From: Selaginella moellendorffii | Lineage: Eukaryota > Plantae > Lycopodiophyta | Length of the DNA stretch: 64,000 bases | Direction of reading: 5' to 3' | NCBI RefSeq assembly: GCF_000143415.4 | Contig: NW_003314287.1 | Span: 1,633,514-1,697,513, forward strand | In this document: in pieces, positions 59,440-64,000 of the stretch | Layout: every line of letters starts with the position of its first letter | How positions within the stretch are numbered: position 1 is the stretch's first letter | Position numbers and translations under genes: made by a program | The notes under the pieces: model-generated | Seen by the model: the letters and a program-made list of their open reading frames with translations, nothing else | Databases searched by the model: none | What the model was told of the DNA's origin: nothing

Positions 59440-62300
59440 TCATGGACAATGTTTGAGTATATATTAATGGGGTGGAATCACTTCTGGACTTTGTGGTTGT
59501 GGACTATCAAAAGCTCAACTTCACACTTTTGAAGGATTTCCTGATCCTTGGATGAGTTTGGCAAATCAAGTTTGAGGCATCATAAGTTAGCTGCTTAGTA
59601 GGATAGAGATTAACGACAGTCACTAGACTTCTTGTCCCTACAATATTTATGGATACTCTCTTTTGGGAAAGCTTCAAGGATAGCCTCTAGAACTGTGTAA
59701 GAGTCACCTTGAAGGTCGTCAAGAAATCCAAGATCAAAAGTCTTATTTTGAAAAGGTATAAGCATATTGCCCATCAAGATCCCAAGATTGCATAATAAAG
59801 TACATATATCTTGGAAGATTTCTTGCAAAATAGAAGTTAGTACATAAAAAGAAGAGACTGGGGGGAGGGGGTGGCGGGGTTTATATATGCTCCAGGTATG
59901 AGTTGTGCACTATGGGAAGAGGTTGAAAGTTTTGTGACTGTTGTAGATACCACTCTCAGTCATTTGCTGGAGGTAATTGGAGTTGGCTGCTCGCTTAGAA
60001 GAGAGTGGTTGAACAAGAGTTTCTTTGTCCCAGTAGCCACAAACTCATCATCTTCACCCTTAGGAACTGCCTCACAGTCCTCCACACCAACAAGTGTGTC
60101 ACAAAGTCTTGTCTTATGATTATTCACGTGGAAGCTCACATGAAATACATCCAAACTCTATACTGATGTTGAGAGATCCTCCATAGGAGTCCCTTATGAC
60201 TCCTCAAGTGGTGCTGGAGTTGGAAATATGGTTGGAGAAACCACCACTTGGACAGATTCCTAACTATACAATAGCAAACGGATCAATGTGAAATCCTTGG
60301 ATTTATTAAAGTTAAAGGACCTTTAGACATGTGTAGTGATGGCAAAGATGGATGTTTTTTAGTCCATGTTGAAGAAGTTGATTGAACAACTTGGATCTCT
60401 AGCAGTGTGTCATCCTCAATGAGTTCTAAGAAAAGAACCTTGAAAGCCTGATCAACTTTAATAATGGAAGAAGTATCAATTACCAGCAGCTCAAATTTGG
60501 AACTTTGAAGGACTTTGTCATCCTATGATGGCTGTGGCACCTTGCAACCACGTGCATGACAACATGTTCCAAAGGCAAGTTTGACAATTATCAATGGCAT
60601 CCACACAACAACTCTTCTCAATGCCTGTGGCTGTTCTCTACTTCCAACTTGTCTCAAGTGCACTACAAGAAAATCCAATATGGAAACCACACCATGCACC
60701 AAGATCTCGACACCGTGTTAGATATCTATGGGAATTACTAAGTGATTGATAAACATTTTGAGGATGATGTCTATATTGCTAACCACTTCCAAACCACTGA
60801 AGTGTGCCAAGTCAAGAGATGATATTGCTCTGGGAGCCTAAATTAAATAATGCTTGTACTTTTGAGGAAGAGTTTTTGATCTAGACCTCCAAAAAGAATG
60901 CTCCAAGATCATTAATGGTCTGGGTGTTAATGATATGCACATCATGTTAAGGTGCCACAAATAGGCCTGTGGACTTGGCAAAAGCCTCCAACTGAGAAGT
61001 GAAACTTAGTACACATCACCGAGAGTGATTTAGATTGGAGTGCCAACAATTTGAGCAAGAACCTCTTATAGGACTTAAGAGAGTGTAGAAGGCAGCTGGA
61101 AAATCCCACTCTAAAAGTCAAGTGAACATCTAGTTGTTGGATCCAAGGTTGTGGCCCAAGGCCATTGGAAATACTGAAGTATAGGGTATAATTTGCATGC
61201 TTAGTGAGGTTCTAGACATTAGTGTTGAATCTTGCTCACCATCAATATCTGGGGTTGATGGAGAAACTTTCTAGTGCCCTTTAGTCACAACAGCCACCTA
61301 ATAGCCATCCTTTGCAATATAAACCATGCTAACATGCATGGGTGTCTTCCCTCTTGATGAAGGGGTGTTTTCAATCACTTTCTACTTTAATTATTTTTGG
61401 TATTTGTCTACTTGTGATGGAAGAGGCTACTACTGAACACACTGGATAGAAGGTGAAGCCCTGGATGAAGCTTCCAACATCTTTCTGTGTTATATATTGT
61501 AACATCACAATGCAAGCAATGCCAGGAATGAGGAGGCCATCTCAATCTCTTGGCCTATTATAAGCAGCATGCTCTAAGCTTCTTAAGTAGCTTCTTTTGC
61601 ATTTGTTGCTATTGTTGGATAATCTCCTTGTATCCTGTGAGCTCTAATAATACCTTCTTAATCACTAAGGGAAATTTGTCATTGCTAGATGGGACTAAAG
61701 AGAAATAGCATATGACAATGCACGAGCTCTCTTTAAAAGGTGGGAGGAAAGCCTCCTCTACCCTGGAAATCCCAAGTTCTTAGAGAAGATCATGCTCTAG
61801 AGTCTCAATGGTAGTGAATGCCTCACAACATGTCTAGAACTTTCATTTAAGCATTTTCTATTAAAGATTTCCTTTTAGACTAGACATGAATGTAATGATG
61901 CCATAAGATTCATTAGTGATGACCTTGTGCTGGACACACTCCTTCTAGTAAGACTTGAACCACATTATGTACTTTGACATAGATTCATGTGCTTCTTGCT
62001 GAAAAGTGAACAAGTCCATGAGTAAGCAATATGCTAGTCACTCTTGATTGAAGTGACTCTAGAAAAATGCCTTGAATATAGAGTAGTAAACCATGTTTAC
62101 CTCCAAGAAAGTCTTTGCTCATGCTGTTGCTTAGTCAATAAGTAATCATGAGAAGTCATAGAGCTTGTGATCATCCTCAATGATGTTGTTTGATGTGTAA
62201 TATTGCTCAAAGTGAGTGATATATGTCTTAGTAGATTGCTAGAGAAGTATAATATGTCAATGCCTCATTGTAGAATGTGAATTTGCATAAGAAGACCCAT
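59440..62300 (-). mobile_element. Decayed Ty3/gypsy gag-protease remnant, truncated at the start of RT
   Basis: Knuckle relic CLHCDVTIYNTERCWKLHP (~61465-61520), protease relic KVQALFNLGSQSNIIS (~60815-60862), and PEVIPPH (~59470). Confidence 0.7.
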
Positions 62301-62440
62301 GGGTGGCAAACTCCCCGACACAGTATATATGGTGAATGATAAATCCTTTTAGCCAAAAAAAGCAATTTGATAATCTAGCTCGTGTAGAAGGTGTAAAAAT
62401 GTCCTCATATCTTAAGTACTGTATAAGAGATTTTTGGTTG

Positions 62441-63187
62441 TGTAGTGCATGTGATTATGGGATGAGATTTTGATATACTGTCATTATGGATCCTTGGAAC
62501 CTTGGAGGATAAATAGGGATAAAATAGCCACTAAAGGCTCTCTCATCAAGCAATTGCCCCTTTTTTAGTTGGTTTAAGGGGAGAGAGATAAAGTGCACTA
62601 TATGTGGTATCAGAGTAAATAGTACAGGTTCGATTCCCATTGATTAGTGGCTACCTAAAATATAATATACCCTTGAGCAAAGTATATTCCTACCCCTAAA
62701 ATTTGAAAATCGTACATATTGGGCATCCATGCATATGTCCTTCCTCTTCTAGAGCATCCCAGACGAAGGTATCCACCATGGGACTGCATATGTATTGGGT
62801 ATTCATGCATACGTCCTTCCTCTTGTCGAGCATCTCAGACAAATGTATCCACCGTGGGACTATGGTACAGGTGGATGACTAGTTGCCTCCATGGAATAGC
62901 TAGTTTGCACAATGAAAAAATTGGTAAATTCAGTGCAGAAATGGAAGTGTTGGTTCCCCTTGGCTAAGTAGGGGTTGTTAGTCAATAATCAATAAGGATA
63001 TTGACATTTCTGAAAGAGGGGTGAGTGTAGCGTATGTGATCATGGGATGAGATTTAGATATACTGTCACCGTGGATCTTTGGAACCTTGGGGGATAAATG
63101 GGGATAAAATAGCCACTAAGGGCTCTCTCATCAAGCAATTGCCCCTTTTCCAGTTGGCTTAAAAAGAGAGAGATAAGGTGCGTTATA
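62441..63187 (+). mobile_element. Complete TRIM (non-autonomous miniature LTR retrotransposon)
   Basis: ~162-bp LTRs at 62441-62602 and 63026-63187, PBS TGGTATCAGAG (tRNA-iMet) at 62605-62615, PPT GAAAGAGGGGTGAG at 63012-63025, and 5-bp TSD GGTTG at 62436-62440 and 63188-63192. Confidence 0.92.
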
Positions 63188-63294
63188 GGTTGTTATCTTA
63201 AGTTAGAACGAGTGTGAATTATCCAATATATAGTAGATGCCAAGTTTTGGAAAATGTAATGCATTAAAGAACTTTAATTTATGTGAAAAGAGAG

Positions 63295-63682
63295 CACTCA
63301 TTTTTGCATTGAATTTACCACAATAAAAAGATTGGTTAACTAGCTATTTTATGTAAGGCAATTAGTCATCCACTCGTACCACAATCCCATGGTAAATACC
63401 TTCATCACAAAAGGAAGGACATACATATGGATGTCTAATATATATGACTTTAAATTTAGGGGTAGGAATATATCTTGCTCAAAGGTATATTATATTTTAA
63501 GTAGCCACTAATCAATGGAAATCGAACTTATGCCATTTTCTCTGATACCATATATAGCATACCCTATCTTTCTCCTTAAACTAACTATAAGAGAGCCTTT
63601 AGTGGTTATTTTATCTCTCAAGGTTCCAAAGATCCACAGTGATAGTATATTTAAATCTCATCCTATGATCACATGCACTACA
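63295..63682 (-). mobile_element. Second, inverted and 3'-truncated copy of the same TRIM
   Basis: Reverse complement matches the LTR, the PBS (63540-63550) and the internal region of the first copy. Confidence 0.88.
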
Positions 63683-64000
63683 ATATCTAGCTAAGAAAAT
63701 GGGAAAAATATATAAAGGATGTTGTGGAAATCACTTAGTAGGATATAAAAACAAAATATCACTCAAAAGAAATGAAAAAAGAAAATAAACTCCAAACCTC
63801 AAAATGTCTTAAGGTGAATATGTTTTGATAACAATCTCTCAACTCTTGCCACAGAATTGAATGTGGATACACTTGTTAAAAAGCTTAGACTCAAATCAAG
63901 AGAATGAGATAAAAATCATGAGCTAAAATGCTAAAATGCCTAAAAATACGAACTCAAACATCAAATTCTAGTGAAAGAAAAGGAGAATAAAAGAAAATGC

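Overview
Gene-dense plant nuclear DNA. Introns of 44-100 nt, intronless PLS/SS-type PPR genes and a UGT point to a lycophyte, probably Selaginella (inference). Left (1-5 kb): a young Ty3/gypsy element on the minus strand with a 174-bp LTR, a tRNA-Ala-type PBS and gag. Gag is joined to pol by a textbook -1 frameshift signal (G GGA AAC plus an H-type pseudoknot). A heavily decayed copy of the same family sits across a microsatellite from it. Middle (6-47 kb): orphan ORF, UDP-glycosyltransferase, EPFL peptide, LUC7, pectin methylesterase, orphan ORF, cytosolic-type Trp-tRNA synthetase, euANT/AIL AP2 factor, MATH/TRAF1-like protein, and four PPR genes plus one fragment. Right (47-64 kb): decayed transposons. 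Best candidate for an undescribed system is 49.8-58.4 kb, where a spliced Mutator-like (DDE+SWIM) transposase lies divergent to a spliced ParB/Srx-like gene. Next to it is a spliced prokaryote-type amino (N6-A/N4-C) DNA-methyltransferase-like segment bounded by its own inverted repeats. An array of 96-bp palindromic units sits in intron 1 of the ParB-like gene. The window ends with a gypsy remnant and a complete TRIM (TSD GGTTG) facing an inverted partial copy. All calls are by eye; no database search was run.
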